DNA of 63,860 nt, counting the filler, from Bigelowiella natans CCMP2755 (Eukaryota; Protista; Cercozoa), in the NCBI GenBank assembly GCA_000320545.1. It is 5 parts of 5 records of this genome, joined end to end, with 100 filler letters (N's around TTAATTAATTAA, not from the genome) between each part and the next. Parts side by side here need not be neighbours in the genome. Positions count along the whole stretch, not along the records: positions 28,094 to 53,894 come from ADNK01000777.1; positions 53,995 to 61,475 come from ADNK01003336.1; positions 61,576 to 63,860 come from ADNK01000866.1; 2 more parts are not named here. One strand, written 5' to 3'. The notes under the pieces are model-generated. The model was not told the DNA's origin and did no database searches. It saw nothing but the letters and a program-made list of their open reading frames with translations. Position 1 is the stretch's first letter; every line of letters starts with the position of its first letter. This document shows, piece by piece, positions 51,096 through 63,860 of this stretch. The translations under genes and the position numbers were made by a program.

Positions 51096-52116
51096 ATGGA
51101 TTCGAGGCCAGATAGGACAGGGAAGGCCATCGTGCCCGTACTGGCTTGCGTTCTGAATCAACTATGCGCCAGAAATGACCAGGTGAAAGCTGTGCTCAAT
51201 TCGCCACAGGAAATGAAGCTGAGATTTTTGTTGTTCTTTTTAGCTATCTCTTGAGCCGAAGTATGTCACCAAGTTTCATGCTTTGAGACCCCCTGGCATC
51301 ACAATCCGTGACTATTTAGAGAGGTAGCAATCGATTACAAGAACGAAGTCCGTTTTTTTAAAATCTATTTTCCAATATCATCCAGAATTGCAAAATACGC
51401 TGCTTGCAGCGGCGAATGTTTCGTTCTCGCCCTTGTGTATATCGACCGCATCATACAAAGCAATCCTAGTTTTGTTGTTAATTCCCTGAATATCCATCGT
51501 CTTCTTATCACAAGGTAACTTCTTTTTCTAATCTGTAGATCGTAATTGTATTGTAACATTATGTTTTTACAACAGCGTCATGATTAGTGCAAAATTTTTC
51601 GACGATCAATACTTTAACAATGCTTACTATGCCAAAGTGGGAGGTGTACCCTGCAAGGTTCTTAATACCTGACGTTTTGAAATGCACCGAAACTTCACTG
51701 ACAACGAATTCAATTGTTCAGGAGATGAACTCGTTAGAAGTCGAGTTTCTATTCCTCACGAACTTCTCACTCTTCGTAACCTATGACACGTATTACCTAA
51801 AAAATTTAACTTCAACCCGCAAAATGATATATGCGTAACACATATATAATTTCACCTTCAGGTATAAGCAGTATCATACTGAGTTAAGAAATCACGCTAT
51901 GCATTCGTCTTGCGAATGTAATTCAGATTGGCATTTATTACTTCCGAATTTGAACAAAGATATGTTTGTCTTTCACATGTAGTTCCGGAGCTGGCTGATG
52001 AGACAAGTAAGAAGCTCCCATTCAAACAAGAAGAAAAAAGTGAAGGAGTGAGCATGATGCAGACGGAGTCACCCCAAATGACTGGCAAGTCTCAGGCACA
52101 GGTGAGGAAGACATAA
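51096..52116 (+). CDS. PHO80-like / U(P)-type cyclin, multi-exon
   Basis: Spliced: [19 protein letters not shown]|[31 protein letters not shown]|[27 protein letters not shown]|[19 protein letters not shown]. Confidence 0.95.
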
Positions 52117-52599
52117 AACATTATTCCTAAAAAGTGATTCATTCTTTGATATCCTTAGGATATGGAGATGACGTCTTCGACACCTTATTAGAACCTCTAA
52201 GAATCATTTGAGTTGAATTTTGGTTCGAGTATGATTCCTAAGCCATTAATGTATATATATATATAACATTTTTACATGGAATTCCGCTTGGACAAAAACT
52301 GTTTCTTTGTCACTGCACTTAAATTAAAGGTGCACAATACTTGCAACCCAACGTTTGGTTTTACCGGTGGAAATTATACCGGGCAAGTTTATTTTTTAGA
52401 TCGTGCTACTTAGCAACATATATTTAATGAAATTTTCATATTTCAGAACCGAATATAACCGTAACCCAGATAATATTTTTTTATGCGCGATCATTTTAAT
52501 TGACACATTCGTCAAGAGATACATGCAATTGTTAGGGTATTTTAATGGATGTGTTCCAGCCGAACTCATAGAATAAATAGATTTGATCAATCGTTCACT

Positions 52600-53370
52600 G
52601 TTTTTCGATCAGTTTGCACCTCATCAAGAATGCAATAATGCAAACACAACACGCATGCGTTTCCACTCCTGCTGCAGTCGTTATCAGTAGTGCGCTTTTT
52701 GTGTTGCTGCTGACGCAATGTGTGCAAATGCGGCTCAGTTTCATCATCATCATTCCTTTGCACGATGCGATGCTTGCTAGCTTGCTTTGGTGTGATTGAT
52801 TGCTGCTCAATCTGTTTTGGTGCAACAAGCGCTTGCTCGCATGTAACAGTCTGTAGTACAAGCTGTCTAGCTGATCGATCTAGCTAGGGATGGAGCAAAC
52901 TAACAGCAGCATCTTCACTTCGATCTAGCTAGACCTGTTTGCTGCTAGTAGTTATTATTGTTGCTGTCATGCTAGCATGCTAGCACATGATTATATGATC
53001 GACAGCAGTCCTATAGCGCCAGCAGTGCATGAAGAGTAACGTACAGAGTCAACCATACGCGTTTCGATGCACACGTACTACATATAGTACATCTATGGAC
53101 ATGCTACTAGTATACTAGCATGGCTGTCTTAACGTCATATGAGGTGGATGTGATGAATGACCAGTTGAATTTTTTCAGTCATAGATTCGCTCACAAATCG
53201 AAATCCATCGCTTGTGTTCAGGCTTTGAACGAACAAGAATGCATGCACTTTGAGGTCTAAGCAGACACAGACAAAATGTTTAAATTGCTAGCGCGAAAGC
53301 TCATCTTACGCTTACAACTGCTCGAGAAAACATCCATGCATGCAACGCTGTGCAAGGATACTGGACAGGA
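52600..53370. other. CC/GG-poor, GCTAGC/TGCA-rich tract downstream of the cyclin
   Basis: Hand count gives 14 CC+GG in 52621-53100. Confidence 0.75.
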
Positions 53371-53372
53371 CA

Positions 53373-53579
53373 ACGCGTCATCAGCTGCCACAAGCTCGGT
53401 GCAAAGAAATGATGTCTTTATTTATAAGGATGCGTGTTACTTGGTAACAGCTAGTTGATCATGCTGCGATGAATTACATGTCATATCCAAATTAAGAAAC
53501 CAGCTTCCAATCCGCTTAAATCTTTCCTCCTGTCATTTTATAGTAAAAATATTTATTTGTATTTTATGTTACATTGAAT

Positions 53580-53673
<94 letters not shown>

Positions 53674-53894
53674 ATTATTCAATATAATATAAAATGCAAC
53701 ATAATATATACATAAATATACTACCTAAGGAAAGATAGGCGCACACACACACGCGGATATGTAAGCTGGTATCTATATATGTATATGTCATGATATATAT
53801 CGCAGCATGATCAACTAGCTGTGACGAGTAACACGCATCCTTATAAATAAAGACATCATTTCTTTGCACGAGCTTGTGGCAGCTGATGACGCGT
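53373..53894. repeat. ~520-bp imperfect palindrome (foldback) centred on (CA)n(TA)n(TG)n
   Basis: 53373-53470 is a near-exact reverse complement of ~53798-53894. The inner arms also align with more divergence. Confidence 0.85.
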
Positions 53895-53994
53895 NNNNNN
53901 NNNNNNNNNNNNNNNNNNNNNNNNNNNNNNNNNNNNNNTTAATTAATTAANNNNNNNNNNNNNNNNNNNNNNNNNNNNNNNNNNNNNNNNNNNN
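53895..53994. other. Artificial contig linker
   Basis: N44-TTAATTAATTAA-N44. Confidence 0.98.
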
Positions 53995-54595
53995 ACTCTT
54001 AATAAGGACGCAAAGGCGCCTTTCCCGCATCGTGCCTACTTGTGCACGTAGCGCCTCGTCCTGTGAACACCTTCGCGCAACATGCTGACTAGCTGGCGCT
54101 AGCTGCTAGGTGCGTAGGGCGTCCGGCGTGGCTAGCTAGCTGTCGTGCACATGTGAGTAGCGGGTAGTGAAACTCTAGCGACACGCTAGCACGTCTTGCA
54201 GCGTGGTCGTTATAATCGACGCATCTGTATCTCTAGCGAGCTAGAGATGAGTACACATGCTATCTATAGCTAGATAGTGGATTCATACGAGGGGATGTCG
54301 AACAGAGATGTGTGTAGATGGACGATCAACATTAGAACATGATTCCAAGAGCAATTGTGATCATCCCCCGTGGCACTGATCGCTAGAGCACAGGTGTTTT
54401 GGCTTGTGTGATCAACACATGACAGTTTTGTTTGACACCGAGAGCCAGAGAGAGTTCAGCAAACTGGGCGAATGTGACAAGGGATGCGAGCGAGTGCGTG
54501 AGTGTGGAACACCGAGCAAAGTGTTTTCAAAAAGGACAAATTGAAAGGATCATCAGAATGCGAAGCACACACACGCACACACACACAATGTATAC

Positions 54596-54634
<39 letters not shown>

Positions 54635-54965
54635 GCGCATGTAATAAGGGGGGGGGAACCACCACTTGGAACGAGTAAGTCACGAAGATGTAGTATGCTT
54701 TTGAGGTTGTTATTGACGGTAAATACGTCGCCTGGCGCCACATTTTATAATAAAAAACCTTTATTATTCTATAAAGTAAAATGTTTTGATGATGAGTGTG
54801 ATAATAGCTTTGCCATAATACATATTACTATTTATACTCAATGTCAGTAAGCAGAAACAAAGAAAAACTAACAAAAAAAGATTATGCATAAAGCAGCTGA
54901 TGAAATGAGTAGTATTTGAAACGGAAAAGGGAAATCCAATGATATTAGTAAAACACAACGCATTG

Positions 54966-55000
<35 letters not shown>

Positions 55001-55127
55001 TTTTCTTAAACCACCTCCCCTCATAAATTCATGGCTAAAGATTAGATACATGCAAGTGTGTTCTCTATAAAATAATGAATGACTATCATCGCATGATGAT
55101 GACATATGCTGCAAGTCTCTCTTCTCC

Positions 55128-55171
<44 letters not shown>

Positions 55172-56315
55172 GTTGTTTGTTATCAATGTAGAAGAGTCGC
55201 CGTCGGATAAATATCAATGGATTAATTACCACTTGGATCAAGGTCATTAGATACACCTGAAGGATGATTCATAAAGTAGTTTCATATCAATGCATGCAGC
55301 ACCCAGTAGCAGTAGGGATATAATAACCAACCACCACACAAACGTAAGGAGTAGTAGTAGTAGAAGTAGTAGTATTGTAATACTACTCAGGTTAGTAAAT
55401 GCCTACCACGAGTGTTGCTCCTAGAAATTTAACCCAAAACATCTTTTGTGGAGGGAGTTGGTTTTTTTGGTTATTATTCTTTCTGGATGAAGGAATAATT
55501 TCACTGCGGCTGCCATCCAAGAATAAATCCTTCTTGTCTTTGGCATGATCATTCTCGTCATCATTATCTAAATCAGAAATAATAGATACCAAATGATGTC
55601 CTCCTCCTCCCCCTCCTCCTCCTCCTTCACGTGTTTTCAAATATAGATCACCAGAGTTGCTACTATTTCCATAAGGACCAATGTGTAGTTGTCTGCTGTT
55701 CGAATAGGAGACGGTGGCGTGTGATTGATCGTTATTATCATCTATTTTTCTATCAGTCACAAGATGGGTTCCTAGGTCCATTGTTGAGCTTGTTTCTTCG
55801 TTTTTGATCTGCTGCTGCTACCCCGGAAATAATATTTAGTGGTACGCTCTCTCACTTCGCTTCTTCCAATGCAGCGCTTTTTAAAGTACGTATTGCTGTG
55901 TGTTAGTTGCCCACTCTCTGATGGTACTGATCTGTTGTTGTTGTTGTTGTTGTTGTTGTCGCAGCAGAATTCTTCTAGAAACAACAGATTTATGCCAGGG
56001 GTGCAGCAAGAGATAGTCAATAGCAATATGAAGATTAGCTTGGTGACTAGGAACTATCAACACTACTGGTGAATCTGAAGAGATAGGAGGTAGGAGAATA
56101 TCAATCCATTTTATCTCATGCACAGATGGAAAAAATGCTACTCTTTGTACATTGGCAGTGAGTTCCTATTACTCAAACACGATTTTACCGACAACTCCTT
56201 GTAATTGGGAGGAGGGAAGGAGGGAGGGAGGGAGGAAGGAAGGCAGGGAGGGAGATGATCAGTCTACCCGTTTACATGTACGATGATGGATCTTAATTGT
56301 TGGTTGGTTGGATGT

Positions 56316-56443
56316 TTGTCGCACTAGCCGATTGGCATGTATTTATGAGTAGCAGTAGTATGGAAGTTGTCGCACTAGCCGATTGGCATGTATTTATGAG
56401 TAGCAGTAGCATGGAAGTTGTCGCACTATCCTATTGGCATGCA
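56316..56443. repeat. 51-bp tandem repeat, ~2.5 copies
   Basis: TTGTCGCACTAGCCGATTGGCATGTATTTATGAGTAGCAGTAGYATGGAAG twice, plus a degenerate partial copy. Confidence 0.9.
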
Positions 56444-57460
56444 TTAATTTGTAGTACGAGTTATTATGATCATCATTGCTCCTCCCTCCCCCTCTTCCGG
56501 AACATATGTAGCAGAAGGTGGTTGGTTGTTGCCATAATTCCACATTGCTTGCTCTTCAGACGACGTCATCATATGCACTTGTAGCTGTTATTACAAGTAG
56601 TAGCCCAATACCAATACTGGATCGATGGAGACGCCATTGACGTTGTCGTCATTCATTCATGTTCTACTTCTCGCCGCATCGATCCTTCCAAATGTCCGCA
56701 GATAAACCAAAGCAACATATTTCTTCACTCACTCATCCGAAGATAATAAGGTCACTGCTCCAACAATGATGGAACGACGATTTTGCAGCAGCAGCAGCAG
56801 CAGCAGCTACCTCACTGCACATTGGAGAATAATTATAATGCCTCTGCTAATATTGAGCATGGTATCTCTCATCTTGATCTTTGGTTTTGCCATTGTGCAG
56901 CCGTCTCTTCTTCCTTCAGGTAATAACAAATCTTCTAACATTTATCATCCTGCTTCTTTTTCGCATCATCATTCAAGGAGTAGTGGGGTGGGTAATTGTT
57001 GTTTACGTGTTGCTTACATATGAAATCTAAAACAAAGAGTGCCATCTTTTTTTTTAAACTTACATTGCACTAACCTCTAATGAGAAAGTGTATCTTTTGG
57101 TTTTTCCTCTTCGCAACTGGTGCTGGTGGTTGTGGCGGTGTTCTTTCTCCCTCTCCTTCTCCTCCGCCTTCTCCTTCTTCTTCTTCTTCTTCTTCTTCTT
57201 CTTCTTCTTCTACAACTACACGCAGGTTGGGATTCTGCTCAAATTACAATTGCAGCTCCCCTAACAATATGGACACTTACTACTACATCAACAGCTTCTA
57301 AGCCAAATGGCTCGAGAAATATTACCACGACGACCGTATTCGAGCTCTCCTCCTCCCCCGAGGACCCTCCTCCATCTTGGAATGGAGTTTCTTCCAAATC
57401 TGGAATCGTCAATGATAATGATACTTCTGAGGCGCCAGCATCATCATCATTATCATCATT

Positions 57461-57503
<43 letters not shown>

Positions 57504-57622
57504 GAGCTGCTCAAGAAAAGGGCAACGATGGGCTACATACATAAAAATCGCACTGAAAATCCGCTAACTGCAATTTGCCTTGTACGTAGCAATGGGGTTT
57601 TACCACCCCCTCACTTCAACTA

Positions 57623-57697
<75 letters not shown>

Positions 57698-58588
57698 ATA
57701 GTTTTCAGGCAACATCGAAACTATTATGATTGTCATCATCGGCATCATCAATATGATGATTTTCTCTAAACATCATCATCATCGTCATCATCATCATCAT
57801 ATCTAATATCAACAGGTCGGAGCAGCACGCACTTTGACAATCCCTCGCGTTTATAGGTGATGAATCTGATGATCATGATGATCATGATTCACGAACTAAT
57901 CAATTAGTGAATACGAATGTGTTGATGCCATCAATGATTGGCTGCTGATGCTGCCACCCACTAGATGATGTACTTGTGATTTTTTCCAATTGTGGGGCTC
58001 TTGAATAATTATTATATGCAATCGTCCAATCAATACATGATTTGTGTGTCATTTTCTTGCGTATATTATTGTGGTTGCGCCATCATCCCATACCACTCTT
58101 CTTTTCAGGAGCATAAAGGATAACCTGATCGATTCCCTAAGTGCAAATACAGTCACTTTTGCCCACTTAAAGTTATCAGATGCTCCCGTAAAGAAACAAA
58201 CCAAATTCGGATACTTCCGGTACTAATACTACTACATGAGAAGAGGAGGGGGGAGGGGGACAACGGAAGCATGAAGCGATGTATTCTAAGTCGTCTTTCT
58301 GATATGAACAACAACAATAATGTTTATAATTTTTCAATTATCACTACATTGTTTGGCCTCATAATCCTCATCCTTTTCTCTTCTTACTACTTACTACTGC
58401 TATTTGGTTGCTGCTACCACCTTACTTTTCCTACTGATTATATCGTTGATATAGAATATAAAGTTGTTCCGACAAATCATTCCAAGTATTTGTTTTGGTT
58501 ATAATTAGAAGAATAAATGCATCCGAAGTAGAGCTCAAAGTGCCACTTGAGTAATACTACTTACTACATCTAACCCCTACTATCAATG

Positions 58589-58620
<32 letters not shown>

Positions 58621-58915
58621 GTATATTGATGGTGAGTCTTAGGGTCAAAATTGATGATATATCACATTTCTCTTTTCATCATTATCAACATCATGATTGT
58701 TGTTATCTTCGTTAGCTATCATCACCACAAACAAGCATCATTCACTGCTCGATTTTTTTATTATCATTCATCATCATTTGACAATATGATTATTAACTGT
58801 TTTCATTCATCATCTACTGCCAAAAGGTATATCAAACCTCATCAAGTAGTTACTTATCAAGGAGAAAATGATGACCGTCTTTTAAATCCGAAATGCCCTT
58901 TGTCTAGAGAGGTAT

Positions 58916-58950
<35 letters not shown>

Positions 58951-59755
58951 ATTTCTCAATAGGAAGAATTTCAGTGTTGATTATATGGACGATTGTTGTG
59001 TATTTATCAGTGGGGGATAAAACATAGAAGAGATACATTCTTCACTGGTGATAATGAAGTAAGACTTGTAGGCCAACTCCATGCAATGTAATTAATAAAT
59101 AAATAAATAATAGTAGTATTATTTTGGTTGTTTAAGGGGGGGGGGGGATTGGTGGAGTAATTTTAGTTCTCTAATAGCAGTGGAAATAATAAGCGAAGGA
59201 GGAGGGGGAGAGGGAGGAGGAGATGTAATAATGATGGGGTAGTACTGAAAAACAACTATGGGAAGACGAAGAAGCAGCACTCTTAGGGATCTATCTGCGT
59301 TCGTCGTGTACAGTGTGTATGATATCTATGTAAAGTAGTAGTATCATTATCATCATCAATACCGTCATTATTTTGTTCATAATGCAATGTAAAGGTATGA
59401 GTGTTACAAATCTGTTTTGGATTATGAGAAAGTTTCTGGAGTGAAATTTGATGCAGTAAGTTGCTTCATTATATGATTCTATTATTATTTGATACTGTTA
59501 TTTAATTAGAATGGTGGTAGTAGTAAAATGTTGAGACGTGTTCTTCTGTTTGTTTCTTTCTACTTGGAGGTCACAAAGATTCGTCCAGATACAGTGTGGT
59601 TATTTCCATCTTATACTGCCAAGGTGGAACAACTAGTATTTATATGCCACTAGCTGCTGTTTAACTACTACTGACTGACTGACTGACTGCTACAACAACT
59701 ACTACTTGTGCAGCTTTTATCTGGTTGGTGATGACTGTTGGCGAAGTGGTATTTA

Positions 59756-59789
<34 letters not shown>

Positions 59790-60791
59790 ATTATCAGGAG
59801 CTCTTACTACGTGAAAAGGGAGAAATGGTTTCTCATTTCTTGGATTTGTTCATCTTCGCTCCGAGAAAGTAGTAGTAGTAGTAATAGTAGTTTTAGTAGT
59901 AGTTCCCGGGTTGTATGTAGCAGTATAGTTGTCGCAGTTGTAGAAGTAGTAGTAGTAGTAGCGAATATGCAGACGAACAACCAATGATATAGAAATAATT
60001 GTGAGTGATACATGTAATAGAGCAGCGCACACACGATATTACAGCAAGATATGAAAAAACGAAGAAGAACACAAGCACCACATAGAATAAGATCATCAGT
60101 ATCCATACGGATACGAATTCTGTTGTATTTTTGTTATCATTATTAGGTATTCTGATGGTTTTCAAATGTTTTATGAGAAATACATTGGGTGCACATCTGG
60201 GCTATGGAAATGGGCCTATACACCAGAGGTAATGATTGTAGTAAGTAGTGGTAGTAGCAGTGGTACAAAATTATACAATCAATGCATGCCAGTTTTTGAT
60301 GAGTGTGTTTCATCTCATGAACGTTGTCTAATATTGATTTGATTGTTGTATCATTGAGAAAGGAAGCTTATGAATATCCTTTCATTCGGAGTTTGAGGTT
60401 GTTGTCACACACACCATATTATCATAATAACAACAGAGTCATTCGGAGTAGAAATTATACCCATACTTTGTAATTAAAATAATTATGATAATAATAATAA
60501 AAAGCATTACATACATTACATAGGTCTCACTACTACAATGATCGCAAAATTCCAGTCGTGGTAAATTTCACTGTACAAATAAAATGTGTGTTGAATCCGC
60601 ATTGTCCACGTACGCGAAGATATTTACAAATATTGTTATGATTTTATTTCAGATTCGACGTGCGAATCGAAACGAATCTTCGGCACGGGAGCAATGCGAA
60701 AAGCAGGCAAGTATAGGCACGGTGAATTTCTCTGGCGATCGGTTTCTGAAACTTGAAATGTTTTAATGCAGCGTCGAATCGGAGTCGAGGA

Positions 60792-61290
60792 GTGCATGGA
60801 CATTGTTTACAGTGATCATGTTGCGAAACAGTCCGTCTGAATTTCATGAATTCGGTCTCAACAAGTCATTGAAGCACATGCAAAGTGAGGACCTCATGGC
60901 GACGTCGTGTAGCCCAATCCCTGTGCAAGATCAGCCAGGGTCGATTTTTGGCATTGATTAGACAGTTCCAAGTCAACAGGCTGATGATCGCCTTGTGCAT
61001 GTCTTCACTTGCATGTCACGATCCGTTTTGGCAAGCATCATGTGCGTCATTTTGTTGCGAATGGCACGTGGCAATCGCAGCGACAATTTGCAAAGGCACC
61101 TGGGTTGCAACAATTGCACATGCAGTTTTCACGTGCGATCATTCCATGTAAACGATTTTCCTGCACAAACTAGCAAAATTGACAAACATTCCACCAAAAG
61201 CACATCATCCGACAAAAACGGTGCATGAACATTCTTCACATGGGTCACGTTGCGAAAAAGTCCGTCTTAATTTCATTGACCCGGACTCCG
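60792..61290. repeat. Subtelomeric diverged direct repeat (~70 bp; copies at 60792 and 61221)
   Basis: GTGCATG.ACATT.T..ACA....TCA.GTTGCGAAA.AGTCCGTCT.AATTTCAT occurs twice, 429 bp apart. Confidence 0.7.
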
Positions 61291-61304
61291 TGAACAAATG
61301 GAAC

Positions 61305-61474
61305 AGGGTTAGGGTCAGGGTTAGGGTTAGGGTTAGGGTTAGGGTTAGGGGTTAGGGTTAGGGTTAGGGTTAGGGTTAGGGTTAGGGTTAGGGTTAGGGT
61401 TAGGGTTAGGGTTAGGGTTAGGGTTAGGGTTAGGGTTAGGGTTAGGGTTAGGGTTAGGGTTAGGGTTAGGGTTA
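61305..61474 (+). repeat. Telomeric (TTAGGG)n array at contig end
   Basis: ~28 units with the G-rich strand running toward the end. Proximal variants TCAGGG and TTAGGGG. Confidence 0.95.
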
Positions 61475-61475
61475 T

Positions 61476-61575
61476 NNNNNNNNNNNNNNNNNNNNNNNNN
61501 NNNNNNNNNNNNNNNNNNNTTAATTAATTAANNNNNNNNNNNNNNNNNNNNNNNNNNNNNNNNNNNNNNNNNNNN
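61476..61575. other. Artificial contig linker
   Basis: N44-TTAATTAATTAA-N44. Confidence 0.98.
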
Positions 61576-61646
61576 GGGGGGGGGGGAGGGTTAGGAGAGT
61601 GAGAGAGTACATGTTTAGAAATATTCACATTGGTCATTTGATGTAG

Positions 61647-63722
61647 ATACGCAACGCTCCTCCAGCAGCTGCGACGTTCTATGGGAGGCAGTCCCATACC
61701 CCCTGCCACGGTGATTGATTGATTGAGTGGTTGATTGATTAAATAACAACAACAACATCGAAGAATAACTCTCGTCATTCTTCCTCAGTTGCTCTCACCA
61801 TCTTCTTCGATTCTCATCGCTGAAATAATATGTCGTTCTCGCTCCTTCTCTTTCTCTCTCTTTCTCGCTCTCTCTCTCATGGTAAGGTACGTGCCGTGAT
61901 GGCCAAGCAGTATGAGCAATTCGCCTCCTATCAGCAACAGGTCGTGAATCGATCATACTATTCTTCCTCCTCCTCTTCCTGTACTTTCGGTTCCAAAGAG
62001 GAAGCACGGAGGGGAGGGGAGAGCGTGATTAAATCCTTTATTACCGATCGAGATTGTAGTCAATTTGCTCACTCTGAAGTAGTAGCAGTAGGATATATAT
62101 GTGTTGCTGACCTCGTCTCTTCTTCTTCTTCTTCTTCTTCTTCTTCTTCTTCCTTTTTTTAATTCACGCAATTGTACACACAGGATGCGCAAGAGTTCTT
62201 GTCGCTGCTCATGGATGGACTGCACGAAGACCTCAATCGGGTAGTATTAATATAGGGATCGTAGTGGTCGTGGTAGTAGTAGTGGTGGTGTCGTAGAATC
62301 CATCCCTTGGTTGTTTTCCGAATGATTGTTCAGGTTTTAGAGAAACCGTACACACAAATAACGGATTCCAATGTGAGTACTACTACTACTACTACCACTA
62401 TTACTGCTACTACTTCTACTCTTAACAACATGCTATATACCAATGCATGATTGACGACGATGATGATGATGATGGTGATGACGATGATGACGACGAAACG
62501 TGATGACTGTGGTGGCGGGGTTTCGTTCAGGGACGCAAAGATCATATCGTTGCAGCAGAGCACATCGAAGGATATCTCCAAAGAAATAGGTGCGCGTCGG
62601 CGTACTTACTCTGCTCATTACAGCATCGTAATGGTGATGATCATAGTGATGGTTGTCTTAAAGGGGAACATGGTGGTGTTGATGGCGATTTCTTCCTCAT
62701 CTTCTGATATCCTGTTATATTGTTGTTTTTATTATTACTACTACTACTACCAGATCGGTGATTGTTGACCTCTTCTGCGGCGTTACAAAATCAACGCTCG
62801 AGTGGAAAGATGAGGGGGGTAGTAGTAGTGAGAGGAAGGGGGAGAGGAGTCAACCTCGTGCCAATGATACTGGTATTGGCACTACTACTACTACTGCTAC
62901 TACTACTACTACTACTACTACTACAAATGAACCAGTAGAGGATAATGAGAGGGGAGTGGAAGTTGCTGCGAGGGGGGAGGCGGACGATCGTTCTCATACT
63001 GATGATCAATGTGCTCAAGAGGGGGGGGGAGGAGAAGGAGGAGGAAGAGGAGATAGTAGCAGCAGTAGGTGATGTGCTGCAACCGCAGCATCAGTATGCT
63101 CTCCATGATAAGCAACAGGAGGGGGGGGAGGGGGAGGAGGAGGAGAAGGAGGAGGACGGAGAAGAAGAGGAAGAAGATGAGAAGGGAAAACTCAAGCAGA
63201 CGATAGAGAAATGTCCTGTCGCGGAGGAGAAACGGTAGTTTTCGTAGAAAGAGAAGAGGAGAAATAAGTCGAATATTAAAGGGGGAAGATCTGACTCTTG
63301 CTCCCTATCATTGCCTGTTTACTATGATCAATCGGATTTTTCAGATATACGTCTGTCAAGTTTGAGCCTTTCACGATGCTCTCGCTGCCGATGCCCAACA
63401 GGACGTACTACCGCACTAAATATATCATTAGATATATGTGTATATAATACATTAATCACAGTGAGTAGTAGGAGAATAACAGCAAAATGATAAGTAGAAA
63501 CACGCACGTTTGACTCGACGTATCTTCTGACAGGAATGATCTGACTCTGCACATATTTGGTTATCATTGTTGTTTTTGTTGTAGCCATATAACAATCGAT
63601 GTGACCCTTGTTTACGATAACCCATCAAGGTGCAATTAGTAGTAGTAGTAGCCAGCTAATCAACTTGATCTTGTTAAGTGTGCGGCGTAAGTGTGTTTTG
63701 ACGTGCGTTGTCGATTATCCCG
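61647..63722 (+). CDS. Ubiquitin-specific protease (peptidase C19, USP4/11/15-like), internal fragment
   Basis: Exons: VMAKQYEQFASYQQQ|DAQEFLSLLMDGLHEDLNR|VLEKPYTQITDSN|GRKD..YLQRNR|SVIVDLFCGVTKSTL..|YTSVKFEPFTMLSLPMP. Confidence 0.9.
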
Positions 63723-63817
63723 GTAGGTTTCCTCTGCGATTAAGTGTGAAGGTATTCTACTGTTCTTATCTTTACTTCCGTCGCCTATTTGCTTGTGTGT
63801 GTGTGTATTTTGTGTTT

Positions 63818-63860
<43 letters not shown>

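Noticed and set aside
52903-52918. 16-nt identity with window positions 1-16
   Set aside because: Does not extend; likely chance.
56316-56443. CRISPR-like appearance
   Set aside because: Contiguous tandem units with no unique spacers, no cas genes, eukaryotic context.
54760-60540. Alternative genetic code (stop readthrough) explaining the broken ORFs
   Set aside because: TAA, TAG and TGA all terminate well-supported genes elsewhere, and readthrough gave no convincing protein where I tried it.

Overview
Eukaryotic, intron-rich DNA, probably from a protist (lineage not determinable here). It consists of five contigs (1-19660, 19761-27993, 28094-53894, 53995-61475, 61576-63860) joined by artificial N44-TTAATTAATTAA-N44 linkers. 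Hand-splicing recovers about 14 genes: a START-domain protein, a ~15.5 kb NHL/mucin/REJ/GPS/7TM adhesion-receptor-like gene, ALG13, a ShKT + O-fucosyltransferase, RRP6, an ELMOD protein, a BIR (survivin-like) protein, an MgtA-type P3B ATPase, an ADP-ribosylglycohydrolase, an Ariadne RBR ligase, a PHO80/U-type cyclin, a USP fragment and two unknowns. Also present are a 140-bp MITE, a ~520-bp foldback palindrome and a (TTAGGG)n telomere. The most striking unexplained signal is architectural. Genes form divergent pairs around AT-rich promoters. Every convergent or 3' junction instead holds a 0.4-1 kb non-homologous tract about 5-fold depleted of CC/GG and rich in GCTAGC/TGCA/CATG. This suggests a termination-zone-targeted DNA modification or mutation system. 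All gene models are manual and exon boundaries are approximate.
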